A stretch of 64,000 nt of DNA from an uncultured Alphaproteobacteria bacterium (GCA_963749815.1 CAVVON010000021.1:293469-357468); one strand, 5' to 3'; positions 1 through 12,835 are shown, counted from the first letter of the stretch. A program made the numbers and translations. The notes: generated by a model not told the origin, from the letters alone.

Positions 1-1
1 C

Positions 2-1376
2 TTCGAGACCGCGTTCGACCGCAAGCTCTATTCCTCGCTCGGCCTCTCCACCGGGCTGTTCCTGCCGCGCGAGAAATTCGGCCGCGACGTGCTGCTGGCC
101 GGCGATCCGCTGACGACGGCGGTCAACGAGGAGACGCGCAGCCTGTCGAATGCAAAGCCATTGGCCGAATTCGTCGCCGCGCTGCCGATCGCCGAGGCGA
201 GCAAGGCGCAATTGCTCGCGCTCTACGACGCCAAGCGCGATCCGCTCGCCGGCCGCACGGCCGCCGAGAAGCAGCAGCTCCTCAAGACCACGAGCTACCG
301 CGACTATCTCACGCACGATCTGCGGCCTGAGCGACGAGGCGGCCGACTGCTTCCAGGGCCGCACGCTGGGCTACTACGGTCTCGGCTGCGACGCGGTGCC
401 GGCCTCCGAGGCGCGCGATGCCGGCTATCCGGGCTTCGCCGGGCTTGGGCTGCCGGGCGGCGGCGGCCGCAGCGAGCCCTACATCTATCATTTCCCCGAC
501 GGCAACGCGTCGCTGGCGCGGCTCCTGGTGCGCGCGCTCATTCCCGGCATCGCGCCCGGCCACACCATGGACGACGTGGTGCTGGCGCCGTTCGACTATG
601 GCCGGCTCGACGACCGCGCATCCGATGTGCGCATCCGCCTCGCCTCGACCTGCATCGACGTGCGCAATGCCGGCGAGCGCGCGCTGGTCGGCTATGTCCG
701 CGCCGGCGCGACCCACCGCGTCGAAGCGAAGCACGTCGTGCTCGCCTGCTTCCACATGATGATCCCGCACCTGATGCCGGAGCTGCCGCAGCCGCAGCGC
801 GCGGCGCTGGCGCAGAACGTCAAGACGCCGCTCGTCTACACCAACGTGCTGGTGCGCAACTGGCGGCCGTGGGCGGCGCTCAAGCTGCATGCGATCAACG
901 CGCCGGTGTCGTTTCACTCCCGCGTGGCGCTCGACTTCCCGGTCAGCCTCGGCGGCTACCGCCATCCGCGCGATCCGTTCGAGCCGATGTGCCTGCATCT
1001 TGCGCACATCGCGGGCGAGCCGAACCGCGGGCTGACCGCGCGCGAGCAGTTCCGGATCGGGCAGGGCAAGCTCCTCGCCATGACGTTTGCGGATTTCGAA
1101 GACCGCATTCGCGACGAGCTCGACCGCATGCTGGGCGCAGGCGGCTTTGCGAGCGGGCGCGACATCGCCGCCATCACCGTCAACCGCTGGCCGCACGGCT
1201 ACGGCTATGTGATGAACTCGCTGTTCGATCCCGAGGACTACGAGTCGACCGTGCTCGCCCGCGCCCGCCAGCCGATGGGCCGCGTCGCCATCGCCAATTC
1301 GGATGCGGGCGGCGACGCCTTCGCGCATCTCGCGATCGACGCCGGCGCGCGCGCGGTGCGGGAGCTGACGGGTTAG
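2..1376 (+). CDS. FAD/NAD(P)-binding amine oxidoreductase (spermidine-dehydrogenase-like), 5' end outside window; one apparent frameshift near 315-320
   Basis: Frame from base 2 reads FETAFDRKLY...KTTSYRDYLT with no start in the window. Protein-like sequence then continues in the 150..1376 frame (ICGLSDEAADCFQGRTLGYYG ... NSDAGGDAFAHLAIDAGARAVRELTG*). Family call is from remembered similarity only. Confidence 0.5.
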
Positions 1377-1420
1377 CGGATCGCCTTATGGCGACGGAGC
1401 AGGGGAGGCGGTGTGCATGA

Positions 1421-1580
1421 TTGTGCCCTCTCCCCGCCGGGGGAGAGGGCTACGAGGTAGTGCAATGGATGGGATCGGGTGAGGGGGGCGTGCGCGGGCG
1501 GTTCTTGAAGCGACCCCCTCACCCGATTCTGCTCGCGGAATGTTTGGAGCTGCCCTCTCCCCCGGCGGGGAGAGGGCACA
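1421..1580. repeat. Composite REP-like palindromic element (CCCTCTCCCC-N4-GGGGAGAGGG type)
   Basis: Perfect hairpins at 1426-1449 and 1553-1576. They flank the inverted pair GGGTGAGGGGG / CCCCCTCACCC. The same building blocks recur at 4986-5170. Confidence 0.7.
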
Positions 1581-1625
1581 ATGTCGGCCAGCGAGCGTGC
1601 GGCACCGACGCAAGCAACGTCGTCT

Positions 1626-1659
1626 ACAAAACAAAAAGGGCCCGGCTTGCGCCGGGCCC
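1626..1659 (-). terminator. Rho-independent terminator of groEL
   Basis: On the minus strand, GGGCCCGGC-GCAA-GCCGGGCCC is followed by TTTTTGTTTTGT. It starts about 30 nt after the groEL stop. Confidence 0.85.
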
Positions 1660-1690
1660 TCGATGTTTGTCTGATCTGCGCGGTCTGGAC

Positions 1691-3456
<1,766 letters not shown>

Positions 3457-3463
3457 AAAAGGG

Positions 3464-3760
3464 TCAGGCGATCACGCCCATGATGTCGCTCTCCTTCATG
3501 ATCAGGAGTTCGTCACCGTCGATCTTGACCTCGGTGCCCGACCACTTGCCGAACAGCACGCGGTTGCCGGGCTTGACGTCGATCGGAATGAGCTTGCCGG
3601 CCTCGTCGCGGCCGCCGGGGCCGACGGCGACGACCTCGCCTTCCTGCGGCTTCTCCTTGGCGGTGTCGGGAATGATGATGCCGCCCTTGGTCTTCGCTTC
3701 GGCATCGATACGCTTCACGACCACGCGGTCGTGCAGGGGACGGAACTTGGTCTTCGCCAT
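3464..3760 (-). CDS. groES: Co-chaperonin GroES (10 kDa)
   Basis: Intact 98-aa [52 protein letters not shown]... Confidence 0.97.
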   Translation of the reverse strand: MAKTKFRPLHDRVVVKRIDAEAKTKGGIIIPDTAKEKPQEGEVVAVGPGGRDEAGKLIPIDVKPGNRVLFGKWSGTEVKIDGDELLIMKESDIMGVIA

Positions 3761-3823
3761 GTCTCTCCTCGCGGCGCCGTTGGCGCACTAAGCTATTGAT
3801 TTATTGGCCTTATTCATGCGCTG

Positions 3824-3850
3824 TTAGCACTCATGGTTAATGAGTGCCAA
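3824..3850 (-). promoter_or_regulatory. CIRCE operator (HrcA binding site)
   Basis: TTAGCACTC-ATGGTTAAT-GAGTGCCAA, against consensus TTAGCACTC-N9-GAGTGCTAA. Located 64-90 nt upstream of the groES start. Confidence 0.85.
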
Positions 3851-3862
3851 GTGCATGTGCGG

Positions 3863-3891
3863 GAGATAGGACCTCGGCCGCGGAGAGTCAA
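3863..3891 (-). promoter_or_regulatory. Candidate groESL promoter (TTGACT-N17-TATCTC; also reads CTTG-N18-CCTATCT, sigma-32-like)
   Basis: The minus strand reads cTTGACTctccgcggccgaggtccTATCTCc immediately upstream of CIRCE. Motif match only. Confidence 0.5.
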
Positions 3892-3918
3892 GAATCGCGG
3901 CAGCGGCCCGGCTGCAAT

Positions 3919-4911
3919 TCAGGGCAGGAGCTTCATCGCCCGCTCGTAATAGCCGAGGTCGACATAGCGCGCCGGATCGATCGCCGCGTCGCCCGGCCGG
4001 CGCTGGATCTCGGCCCGCAGCGCCAGCATCGCCTTGAAGCCTTCGGGACTGAACTTGGCGTCGGGCGCAAAGCCGAACTCCGGATCGAGCAGCAGCTCGT
4101 AGGTGCGCTCGGCTTCCTTCCGGGAGATTTTCAGCTTCTCGACCAGCAGCGCGACATTGGCCGCGCGGTTCGCCGGATCGCGCACGTAGCGCAGCGCCTC
4201 GACGTAGGCGGCGATGTAGCGCTCCAGCATCGGACCGCGCTCGCGCGCGAACGCCCGCATCAGGAACGCGCCGCCCGCCTGGTAGGGGCCGAGCAGGTCG
4301 GTGGTGCGGCCGAGGCTCTTGAGCCCGATCGCCTCGGCCTGCACGGTGAACGGCAGGTTGAGGATCGCGGCGGCGTTCTCCTTGTTCTCGGCCATCGCCT
4401 TGAAGCGGTACGGCCCGGCCCCGACCGGCCGGACGGTGTAGTCGCCCTCCTTGAGGCCGTGCTGCAGCAGGATCTTCTTGGCCTGCAGCGCATAGGCGGT
4501 GTCGGGCGCGTCGACCGCGAGAATGCGGCCGCGCAGGTCGGCGAACGACTTGATCTCGGCCTGCACGAAGAACTCGTTCATGCCGCTGTCGCCGCCGGTG
4601 ACGATCACCACGTCCTGCTTGGCCACCTCGATCATGGCGAGCGCGTTGTCGACCGCCGCATGCACCAGGTCGAAGCGGCTGGCGGCGAGTCCCTCGCGCT
4701 GGTTCTTGGAATTGTCGGTCAGCGTGAGCTCGATCTTGAAGCCGCGCTTCTCGAAGATGCCCGTGGCGATGCCGGCATGCAGCGGCAGCGCCTTGGCGTT
4801 CGGGAAGGTGTTGACGCGCAGCAGCACCGGCTCCTGGGCATGGGCGGAGTTGGCGAAGAAGCTGAGCGCCAGAGTGATCGCCAGCATGAAAGCCATTCTC
4901 ATTGATTGCAT
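3919..4911 (-). CDS. ABC transporter periplasmic substrate-binding protein (NMT1/THI5-like, nitrate/sulfonate/taurine class)
   Basis: Intact 330-aa ORF with signal peptide MAFMLAITLALSFFANSAHA. Overall resemblance to NMT1-type SBPs. No permease or ATPase gene adjacent. Confidence 0.65.
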   Translation of the reverse strand: MQSMRMAFMLAITLALSFFANSAHAQEPVLLRVNTFPNAKALPLHAGIATGIFEKRGFKIELTLTDNSKNQREGLAASRFDLVHAAVDNALAMIEVAKQDVVIVTGGDSGMNEFFVQAEIKSFADLRGRILAVDAPDTAYALQAKKILLQHGLKEGDYTVRPVGAGPYRFKAMAENKENAAAILNLPFTVQAEAIGLKSLGRTTDLLGPYQAGGAFLMRAFARERGPMLERYIAAYVEALRYVRDPANRAANVALLVEKLKISRKEAERTYELLLDPEFGFAPDAKFSPEGFKAMLALRAEIQRRPGDAAIDPARYVDLGYYERAMKLLP

Positions 4912-4985
4912 TTCCTCGGTTCGTCTCGCGGATGAAATGCCCGCAAGTTCGACGGTTGGATTTTACGCGAGGCCGCGCCGCGAGT

Positions 4986-5170
4986 CCCCTCTCCCCTTGG
5001 GGGAGAGGGTGGCGAGCGAATGCGAGCCGGGTGAGGGGGTTACTGTTGTTCGAGTGAGCTGTAACCCCCTCACCCCACCCCTCTCCCAGTCGAAGTCGGA
5101 TTTATCCGACTTTGACCACATTAAGTGCCGAAGTCGGGTAAACCCGACTTCGGATGGGGAGAGGGAGCCC
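4986..5170. repeat. Composite REP-like palindromic element
   Basis: Contains CCCCTCTCCCC-TTG-GGGGAGAGGG and GGGTGAGGGGGTTAC...GTAACCCCCTCACCC. CCCCTCTCCC...GGGGAGAGGG encloses the sub-hairpins gtcggatttatccgac and gaagtcgggtaaacccgacttc. Confidence 0.7.
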
Positions 5171-5202
5171 ACCACGTCCGCGGCGAGGCTCACGCATCCA
5201 CG

Positions 5203-7892
5203 CTAATCCTTCGCCGCGCGGCCCCTGATCCACTCGTCGATCGCCGGCAGCACGCTCGCCTTGAAATCCGCGTTGGTCAGGATCGTCTCGGTGGCGCGCG
5301 CGGCGACGATGCGCCCGCCCGAGGTCGCATGCACCGGCGCGAAATTCTTCAGTTCGTCGGCGCGGGCCGCGTCGCTGAACACCGTCATGAAATTCGACAC
5401 GAACGAGGCGCGGAAGAACGGCCCCTGCTTGGCCGCGAGCGCATCGAAATTCTTCAGCACGAAGGCGAGCGCCAGTTCCGGCTGCTCGCCGTTCTCGGCG
5501 ACCGCGTTGATGGTGCGGCCGACGGCGTTGCTCGGCAGTTCGTCGGTCAAGGTGCGCGCCAGCGTATCGCCCGCCAGCGCCGGATCGCGTGCGCCCGCGG
5601 CGGCGAGATAGAAGCGCATCCGTTCGGCCGCTTCGGGCGTCGCGCGCGCCAGCGCGAGCAGCGCGTCGTAGGTCGCCCGGTCGGCGCCAAGCCCGGTCAG
5701 ATGAATGACCGGCTCGCGCAGCGCCGGCCGCAGCGATGAGCGCTCGCGCGCGAAGCCGTCGAACCGCCGTTTCGCTTCGGCCAGCATCTCGGCGTCGCCG
5801 AGTTCGCCGAGCGTCCGGATCAGGCGCGCCCGCAGCAGCGCGTTGTCGTCGCCTTCCGGGCCTTCCCAGCCGAGCCGGTCGAACACCGGACGAAGCTTGC
5901 CGCGCGCATAGGCCTGGAACGCCGCCCGCTCGGGCCGGCCGCGCTCGAGCCGGTCGATCCGCGCCGAACACCGCGATGACCTGCTCCCAGATCGACGCGG
6001 CTGTCGTCGCTGCCGATTTCCTCGACCAGTTCGAAGAACGACGCCGGCGGCGCGCGGCCCGCTTCCACCATCGCCCAGGCGTCGGCGACCAGATTGAGCC
6101 GGTCGGCCGGCGACATCAGCGGCAGCGACTTGGCCAGCGCCGCGCGGCTCGCGTCGTCGTATTGCACGCGGTAATAGCCGATATCGCCGAAGTTGAGCTT
6201 GACCGGCTCGCCGCAGCGCCCGGCCGCCACCTCGACCGGCTCGCCTTGCACCAGCACGGTCTCGGACGGCCGCAGCGCCCGCAGCGGCCCGATCGTCACC
6301 GGCACCTGCCAGCGCTGCGGCGCCGCGTTCGGGTCGTGGATGGTGAAGCGTTCCTGGCGCAGCGTGAGGCGTTGCTCCTCGCCGACGCAGGCTGCCTCGC
6401 CGCGGATGAGCGGCACGCCCGCCTGTTCGGTGAAGGTGCCGGCGACGCTTGCGACCGGCTTGCCGGAAGCCGCCTCCAGCGCGCGCCAGAGATCGGCCGT
6501 GGTCGTGCTGCCATAGGCATGCGCGGTCATGTACTGGCGGATGCCGTCGCGGAAGGCGCGCTCGCCGAGATAGTTCTCGATCATGCGGATCAGCGCCTGG
6601 CCCTTGCCGTAGGTGATGGTGTCGAACGCCGCCATCGCCTCGCTTTCGTTGGCGACCGGCTGCTGGATCGGGTGCGAGGTGCGGCGCGCGTCGGTGTCGA
6701 GCACTCGTTGCTTGCGGGAGCCGCCGTTCAGCCAGACCTGCCACTGCGGATAGAAGTGCTCGGCCGCCTTCTTCTCCATCCAGGATGCGAAGCCTTCGTT
6801 GAGCCAGAGGTTGTCCCACCAGCCCATGGTGACCAGGTTGCCGAACCACTGGTGCGCGATCTCGTGCGCCACATAGGTGAAGATGCCGCGCTTTGCGGTG
6901 TCGGGGCTCACCGCCGGATCGAACAGCAGCAGGCCCTCGAAGAACGTGATGGCGCCCCAGTTCTCCATGGCGCCGCCGAAGCCGCCCGGCACCGCGATCA
7001 GATCGAGCTTGGGCAGCGGATATTTCACGCCGAAATACTCGTTGAAGTACTGCAGCAGGTCGATCGCGGTATCGAGCGCGAAGCGGCCCTGCGCGCTCTT
7101 GCCGGCAGTGGTGACGACGCTGACGGTGACGCCGTCCGCCTGGCCGGAGAGCCGCTCGAACTCGCCCGCGGCGAGCGCGAACAGGTAGCTCGACATTTTC
7201 GGCGTGGTCGCGAAGCTGACCTGCTTCAACGTCGGCGTGACCGGCTCCTCGCTCGCCACCGGCATGTTGGAGACCGCCAGGAAGCGCACGCGGCAGCGTG
7301 ACGGTGAGCGCGAACGTCGCCTTGAAGGCCGGCTCGTCGAACGAGGGGAAGATGCGCCGCGCATCGGCCGGCTCGAGATGGCTCGAGATCATGCGCTTGG
7401 TGCCCTTGCCGCTCGGATAGTCGACCACGAACAGCCCGCGTCCGAATTTGTTGATGCGGCCGGTGAAATCGATGCGCAGCTTGTGCGTTCCGGTGGCGAG
7501 CGGCTGCGGGAAGGTCAGCGTCGCGGTCTCGCTGGCGCGGTCGAGCGCGATCGCCGCGTCCAGCCGTCCGTCTCTCGATCGACCGCGCGGCTGATCGTCA
7601 GGTCGAGCGCGTTGAGCACGATGCGCGGCGTCGGCTCGCGCACCTCGATGTCGATCGTCTCGGTGCCGGCGACGGTGAGGCTGTCGAGGTTCGGCTCGAG
7701 CTCGATCGCGTAGTGGATCGGAACGACCGATCTTCGGCAGCTTGCCCGGCGTAGTCGCGAACGCGAAGCCTGGCTCGGCCGCGGCGGCGCCGCCGAGCGC
7801 AGCATGAGCACAATCGCAAGCGTCCACGCGATCAGGCGGGGAGCGGACAGACCGGGAGAGGGCAAACGGGCAGGGCGCATCGGTTGGACCAT
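5203..7892 (-). CDS. pepN: Aminopeptidase N (M1 family); about 6 apparent frameshifts
   Basis: GAMEN (FGGAMENWGAITF) and zinc motif HEIAHQWFGN...WLNEGFASW. Protein-like sequence hops frames near 7800, 7735, 7570, 7300, 5995 and 5958. N-terminal signal-like peptide. Start may be 7892 or 7880. Confidence 0.85.
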
Positions 7893-7942
7893 TGCGGGAG
7901 ACCGTCTATTCTAACCAACGGCACCGGGGCCGGGGAGACATC

Positions 7943-8444
7943 ATGCGCGCGATCACGCTCGCCGAGGCGAACAAGATCATCAACGGCACCTTTGCGTCGG
8001 CAAAGCGGCGCAAGGCCTATGCGCTCGCCGCCATCGTGCTCGATGCCGGCGGCCGGGTGAAGGCGTTCCAGAAGCAGGACGGCGCGTCGCTGATGCGGTT
8101 CGAGATCGCCTACGGCAAGGCGTTCGCCGCGCTCGCGCTCAACCGCTCCTCGCGGCAGGTGTTGCAGAAGGCGAAGGAGAAGCCGCCGTTCATGGCCTCG
8201 CTCACCGAGCTGGCCGACGGGCCGGTGTTCCTGGAGGCCGGCGGCCAGCTCATCCGCGATGCCGACGGGCGAAATCGTAGGAGCAATCGGCGTCACCGGC
8301 GACGTCAACGAGGTCGACGACCTCTGCGCCATCGACGGCATCCATGCCGGCGGCTTCCGCGCCGACGCCGATTTCGACGCCAAGGCGGCGCGCCGCCTCA
8401 ACATCAAGGTCGACCCGCCGTTCAAGGACCCGCGCCAGCGGTAG
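7943..8444 (+). CDS. GlcG/HbpS-like heme-binding protein (DUF336); one apparent frameshift near 8262
   Basis: MRAITLAEANKIINGTFASAK...QLIRDADG, then continues in another frame as EIVGAIGVTGDVNEVDDLCAIDGIHAGGF. An extra g in gacGGGcgaa explains the break. Confidence 0.7.
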
Positions 8445-8695
8445 GCAGGCGGCCCGGATCGTTCCATCTGCCCCACATCCGCCTTGTCCCAGCCCTAAGG
8501 TCGCAGCAGTTTTGGCTGGGTTTGGGGCGGCCGGACCGGGGCATTTTCGGGGTCCGATTTGGGGAATTTGCCGTCTCGTTAACCTTGCCGTTGGTACAAA
8601 GTGCAACGTGCCAAAGTAACGTGCGAAGTAAAATCTGTGCCCAGGGTTGGAGTTTTGGCCCCCGACTGGGCACAGGAGTGAGGGGAGGGCGCGCC

Positions 8696-9190
8696 ATGTA
8701 TAATTTTGCCCGGCATTCGCCAGTCATTGCGGCTGCCATCCTGGCCGCTGCGCTCGCAGCCTGCAGCACCACGCCGTCGCCGCAACAGGCCGAGCAGGCC
8801 CAGCCGCTGCCGCAGCCGGAGTTGCCGTCGCGCGTGCGCGCCTCCGAGGTGGTCGGCCGCTGGGGCTACGCCGCCTACCACAAGCCCGAGGACCGCGCCC
8901 GCACCGAAGCCAACGCGCGCGGCCAGTGCAAGCAGCCCTACGTGATCGGCCAGGGCACGAACGGCGGCGTGATGATGTACCTCGCCGACTCCTCGCAGTT
9001 GCAGGAGCTCCGCCTCAAGGGCAGCCAGAGCGGCAAGGACTATATCGGCCCGGCCGGCAACACGCCCGGCATGCAGGATCGCGAGATCGTCTCGTTCGAC
9101 GGCCGCGTGCTGGTGCTCAAGTTCGTCGACCCTGAGATCGACGGCCGCTACGGCACCGGCGTCTACGTGCGCTGCGCGCCGCGCGCCTGA
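8696..9190 (+). CDS. Hypothetical lipoprotein
   Basis: ATG preceded by aggggaggg. Lipobox-like AAALAAC in MYNFARHSPVIAAAILAAALAACSTTP. No family recognised. Confidence 0.55.
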   Translation: MYNFARHSPVIAAAILAAALAACSTTPSPQQAEQAQPLPQPELPSRVRASEVVGRWGYAAYHKPEDRARTEANARGQCKQPYVIGQGTNGGVMMYLADSSQLQELRLKGSQSGKDYIGPAGNTPGMQDREIVSFDGRVLVLKFVDPEIDGRYGTGVYVRCAPRA

Positions 9191-9200
9191 TCGCATCGCC

Positions 9201-9653
9201 ATGAGCGGCCCGCACCGCCTCCTCGCTTCGCCGCTGGCGCCGTGGGAGCGCGACGGATTGCGCGCCGCGCTCACCAGGGCCGGCCTGCCGGCCGACGATC
9301 TGGCCGATCCGCGCCTGCACTTCTGGCGCTTCGAAACCTACGAGGACGTGCCGGTCGGCTTCGGCGGCATCGAGTTCCACGATCGCGACGCGGTGCTGCG
9401 CTCGGTGGTGACGCTGCCGCCGCTGCGCCAGCTCGGCATGGGCGGCGCGATGATCGCCAAGCTCGAAGCCGAGGCGATCGCCCGCAAGTGCCGCGCCATC
9501 TATCTGGTGACGACCTCGGAGGAGGATTTCTTCGCCGACCACGGCTACGCGCCCTGCAAGCGCAGCGAGGTGCCCGCCGCGGTGCGCGCCAGCGGCGAGT
9601 TCGCCGCGCTGCCGCCGGCTTCCTCCGTCGCGATGGTCAAGCAGCTCGACTAG
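9201..9653 (+). CDS. GNAT N-acetyltransferase, ArsN2-like
   Basis: Intact 150-aa ORF. The AVLRSVVTLPPLRQLGMGGAMIAKLEAEA...YLVTTSEEDFFADHGY pattern resembles ArsN2-type GNATs. Confidence 0.6.
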   Translation: MSGPHRLLASPLAPWERDGLRAALTRAGLPADDLADPRLHFWRFETYEDVPVGFGGIEFHDRDAVLRSVVTLPPLRQLGMGGAMIAKLEAEAIARKCRAIYLVTTSEEDFFADHGYAPCKRSEVPAAVRASGEFAALPPASSVAMVKQLD

Positions 9654-9749
9654 CAATGCGGAGCAGTGCCGGCGGGCGCGAGAGGCGCGCATCGAATTTG
9701 CTGACGCAGTAGACTGTGGCTTCGTGCCCGCGTCCCGTATCCTCATCTC

Positions 9750-10954
9750 ATGCCCGCTCTCCGCGAATTCATTGCCGGTCCCTGGCGCGCCGTGCTGGTG
9801 CTCGGCGTCACCCAGATTCTGACCTGGGGCACGCTGTTCTATCCGCCGGTCCTGACCGTGCCGCTGATCGCCGCCGACCGCGGCTGGTCGGTGACCTTCG
9901 GCATGGGCGGCTTCTCGCTGGCGCTGCTGACGGCGGGGCTGGTTTCGCCCCGCATCGGCTTCCTGATCGACCGCTACGGCGGCCATCGCGTGATGCCGGC
10001 GGGCTCGCTGCTCGCCGCGCTCGGGCTGTTCTGTCTGGTGCATGCCGCGCATCCCGCTCGCCTATCTGGCGACCTGGATGCTGCTTGGCGTCGCGATCGC
10101 GGGCTCGCTGTACGATCCGGCCTTCGCCACGCTCGGCCGCATCTTCGGCGCGGCCGCGCGCCGCCCGATCACCGCGCTGACGCTCGCCGGCGGCTTCGCC
10201 TCGACCGTGAGCTGGCCGGCGACGCATCTCCTGATCGGCGCCGGCGGCTGGCACGGCACCTACCTCGTCTATGCGGCGCTGCTCGCTTTGGTCGCGGCGC
10301 CGCTGCACGCCTTCGCGCTGCCGCGCACGCGCGCCGAGCCGCCGCCGAAGCCCCCGGACGGGCAGGTGGCAGCGCCCAGCACCGTGCTGCCGGCGTCGGG
10401 CTGGCCGTTCATCCTGGTGGCGGCGGCGTTCGCCGACCTACGCGTTCGTGCCCTCCGGCATGTCGGCGCATCTGCTCGCGATCTTCGGCCGCGCCGGCAT
10501 CGACGCCGCGACGGTGGTGACGATCGGCGCGCTGTTCGGGCCGTCGCAGGTGCTGGCGCGCATCGTCGAATTCGTTTTCGCGCGCCGCGTCCATCCGCTC
10601 AACGTCGCGCGGTTCGCGGTCGGATTGCTGCTCGCGGCGTTCGCGCTGCTCGCGCTCGCCGGATTTTCGGTGGCGTCGGCCGCCGCCTTTGCGGTGATGT
10701 TCGGCATGTGCAACGGCCTCATCACCATCGCGCGCGGCGCGGTGCCGCTCGCGTTGTTCGGCGCCGGCGGCTACGGCCATCTGATGGGTCGCATCGCGCT
10801 GCCGTTCCTGATCATGCAGGCGATCGCGCCGCTGGCGCTGGCCTTCGTCGCCGAGCGAACATCCGACCCGGCGGTGCTGGCGGTGCTGGCGGCGTTCGCG
10901 CTGATCGCGTTCGCCGGCTTTGTGAGCATCCGCCGGCCGCCGAACTCGGAATGA
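9750..10954 (+). CDS. MFS transporter; two apparent frameshifts (about 10045 and 10435)
   Basis: Hydrophobic helix-rich sequence continues across three ORF-track frames (9750.., 10042.., 10271..10954). Confidence 0.7.
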
Positions 10955-10973
10955 ACGGAAGGAGAGCTCGGCG

Positions 10974-11649
10974 TCAGTCGTGGCCGAACATCGCGTCGAT
11001 GTCGGCCTGCGAGACGTGACCCTTGTCGCCGTCGAGCTTGGGGCCGTTGAGCAGGAACGGCGTGCTGCCGTCGCGCTCGGCGCGCGCCGCCGCGGCGTGA
11101 TCGCGGAACGCCTCGATGCCGCCCCAGATCTCCATCATGCGGGTGACGCGGTCCTCGACGAATTGCAGCGTGGTCAGGACCTTGCCGATGCGCTGGCCGG
11201 CGAGGTCGTGGAAGTTGCAGGCCTCGAAGATCTGGATCACGTCGTCGCGGATGTCCTGCGCCAGCGCCTGGTTCTGTTCCTGCTGCAGCACCGCCGACAG
11301 CGTGTTGGCGGCCTCGTCGATCGCCTCGGCGGCGGCCAGGATCTTTTCGATCGAATGCTCGGCGCCATCCACCACCGCGTCGAGCTCCTGGCGGACGCGG
11401 CCGTTGCCTTCGCTGTTGAGCCCGCTCACGTGCAGCGCGGCGATCTCCTGCTTGGTGCGGTTGATGGCGCGGAAGATGCTGTCGGTCTCGTCCTTGAGCT
11501 CGCGCAGGCCGTCGCGCGCGTCAGGGCCGGGGCACGGCCGCGCGTCGCGCTCCGCCGCCGGGGCGGGCGCCTGCCGCGAGCGCAAAGGCGCGCGCCGGCG
11601 CCATGCGCCGCATCTCCTCGATGCGGAAAACCTTTCGCCGGACTGGCAT
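10974..11649 (-). CDS. CheZ-like protein phosphatase (alphaproteobacterial type); one apparent frameshift about 11570
   Basis: MPVRRKVFRIEEMRR start at 11649. Continues as ...EKILAAAEAIDEAANTLSA...IFEACNFHDLAGQRIGKVLTTLQFVEDRVTRMMEIWGG. No other che genes in the window. Confidence 0.6.
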
Positions 11650-11936
11650 TGCGCGTCCCGCCGCCTGCCTGTGGGTCGTCTTCGCCACATTTAATCCGCG
11701 GGCGGCTTAATGCCGGGTTCATGGCGTATCGGATACACCAAGTATTAACCATGATCGCCCAGCGTTTACTCGGAATAAACTATAACACGATGAACAAGTA
11801 GTTTCTGGCCGTATTAGTATAAATGTCGGCTTTAGTTTTACCGATCCTCGTCTTTTTTGCTGTTTACTATATCGCGTAACCCCGGAGCTGATTCCCCGAT
11901 CGGCTCCTCCCAGTGACGATTAGTAATGAGTTCGTC

Positions 11937-12752
11937 ATGCAGCGTCAGCGTCTCCTGCTATCCGTATTCTTGACCAGCACCCTCTCCATCGGCGCGGCCT
12001 CGGCCGGGCCGTTGTCGATCACCCCCGACGTCCAGCGCACCGGCAGCCGGCCGGCCGCGCGCAACGTGGTCCAGCCCCCGAGCGCCGAAACGCAGGCGCT
12101 ATGCCGAACCGCGGCCGAAGCCCCGCGCGTGCGCCAGGCGGCGGCGCAGGGCGGCCAATACGGCGGCGGCTTCTTCGAGTTCCTGTTCGGCGGCGGCAAT
12201 GGCCAGCGTTACGAGCGCTCCGAGCAGCCGGCGGTCTACTTCGGCAGCCAGCCGGTGAACCGGGACTACGGTCCGGGCGTCGTCGAGCAGGGCGGCCGTC
12301 CCGTGGTCGACCCGCGCTACATGCGCCAGGAGGTCAGCTACCCCGGTTCGGAAGCGGCCGGCACCATCGTCATCAACACCAACGAGCGCCTGCTCTATCT
12401 CGTGCAGGGCAACGGCCGGGCGATCCGCTACGGCATCGGCGTCGGCCGTCCGGGCTTCACCTGGGCGGGCACCCACACCATCACCAACAAGCGCGAGTGG
12501 CCGGACTGGACGCCGCCCGAGGAAATGCTGCGCCGCCGTCCCGACCTGCCGCGCCACATGGAAGGCGGCCCCGACAATCCGCTCGGTGCGCGCGCCATGT
12601 ATCTCGGCTCCACGCTCTACCGCATCCACGGCTCGAACGAGCCCTGGACCATCGGCACGCAGGTGTCCTCGGGCTGCATCCGCATGCGCAACGAGGACGT
12701 CGTCGACCTCTACGGCCGCGTCAAGGTCGGCACCAAGGTCGTGGTGATGTGA
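11937..12752 (+). CDS. L,D-transpeptidase (YkuD domain)
   Basis: Catalytic motif YRIHGSNEPWTIGTQVSSGCIRM with an N-terminal signal peptide. An in-frame GTG at 11913 is an alternative start. Confidence 0.85.
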   Translation: MQRQRLLLSVFLTSTLSIGAASAGPLSITPDVQRTGSRPAARNVVQPPSAETQALCRTAAEAPRVRQAAAQGGQYGGGFFEFLFGGGNGQRYERSEQPAVYFGSQPVNRDYGPGVVEQGGRPVVDPRYMRQEVSYPGSEAAGTIVINTNERLLYLVQGNGRAIRYGIGVGRPGFTWAGTHTITNKREWPDWTPPEEMLRRRPDLPRHMEGGPDNPLGARAMYLGSTLYRIHGSNEPWTIGTQVSSGCIRMRNEDVVDLYGRVKVGTKVVVM

Positions 12753-12777
12753 GCGTTGCTGCGACGTAAAACGGAAA

Positions 12778-12806
12778 GGCCGCCGGTGACGGCGGCCTTT
12801 TTGTTT
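12778..12806 (+). terminator. Rho-independent terminator (after the L,D-transpeptidase gene; possibly bidirectional)
   Basis: GGCCGCCG-GTGA-CGGCGGCC followed by TTTTTGTTT. Confidence 0.8.
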
Positions 12807-12835
12807 GAGTCGGGTTGCTCGATCGGGCGGCGCGC

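Noticed and set aside
5950-6000. Programmed ribosomal frameshifting as an explanation for closely spaced frame changes (pepN, DUF2076 tail, purD)
   Set aside because: No slippery heptamer or downstream structure is present at the junctions. The same phenomenon affects about 35 unrelated genes and a tRNA stem, which points to sequence error rather than recoding.
8634-8675. 10-bp hairpin CTGTGCCCAG-N22-CTGGGCACAG in the leader of the lipoprotein gene (possible riboswitch or attenuator)
   Set aside because: It is too short and featureless to assign. No conserved riboswitch core is recognisable. It may simply be a 5' UTR stem.
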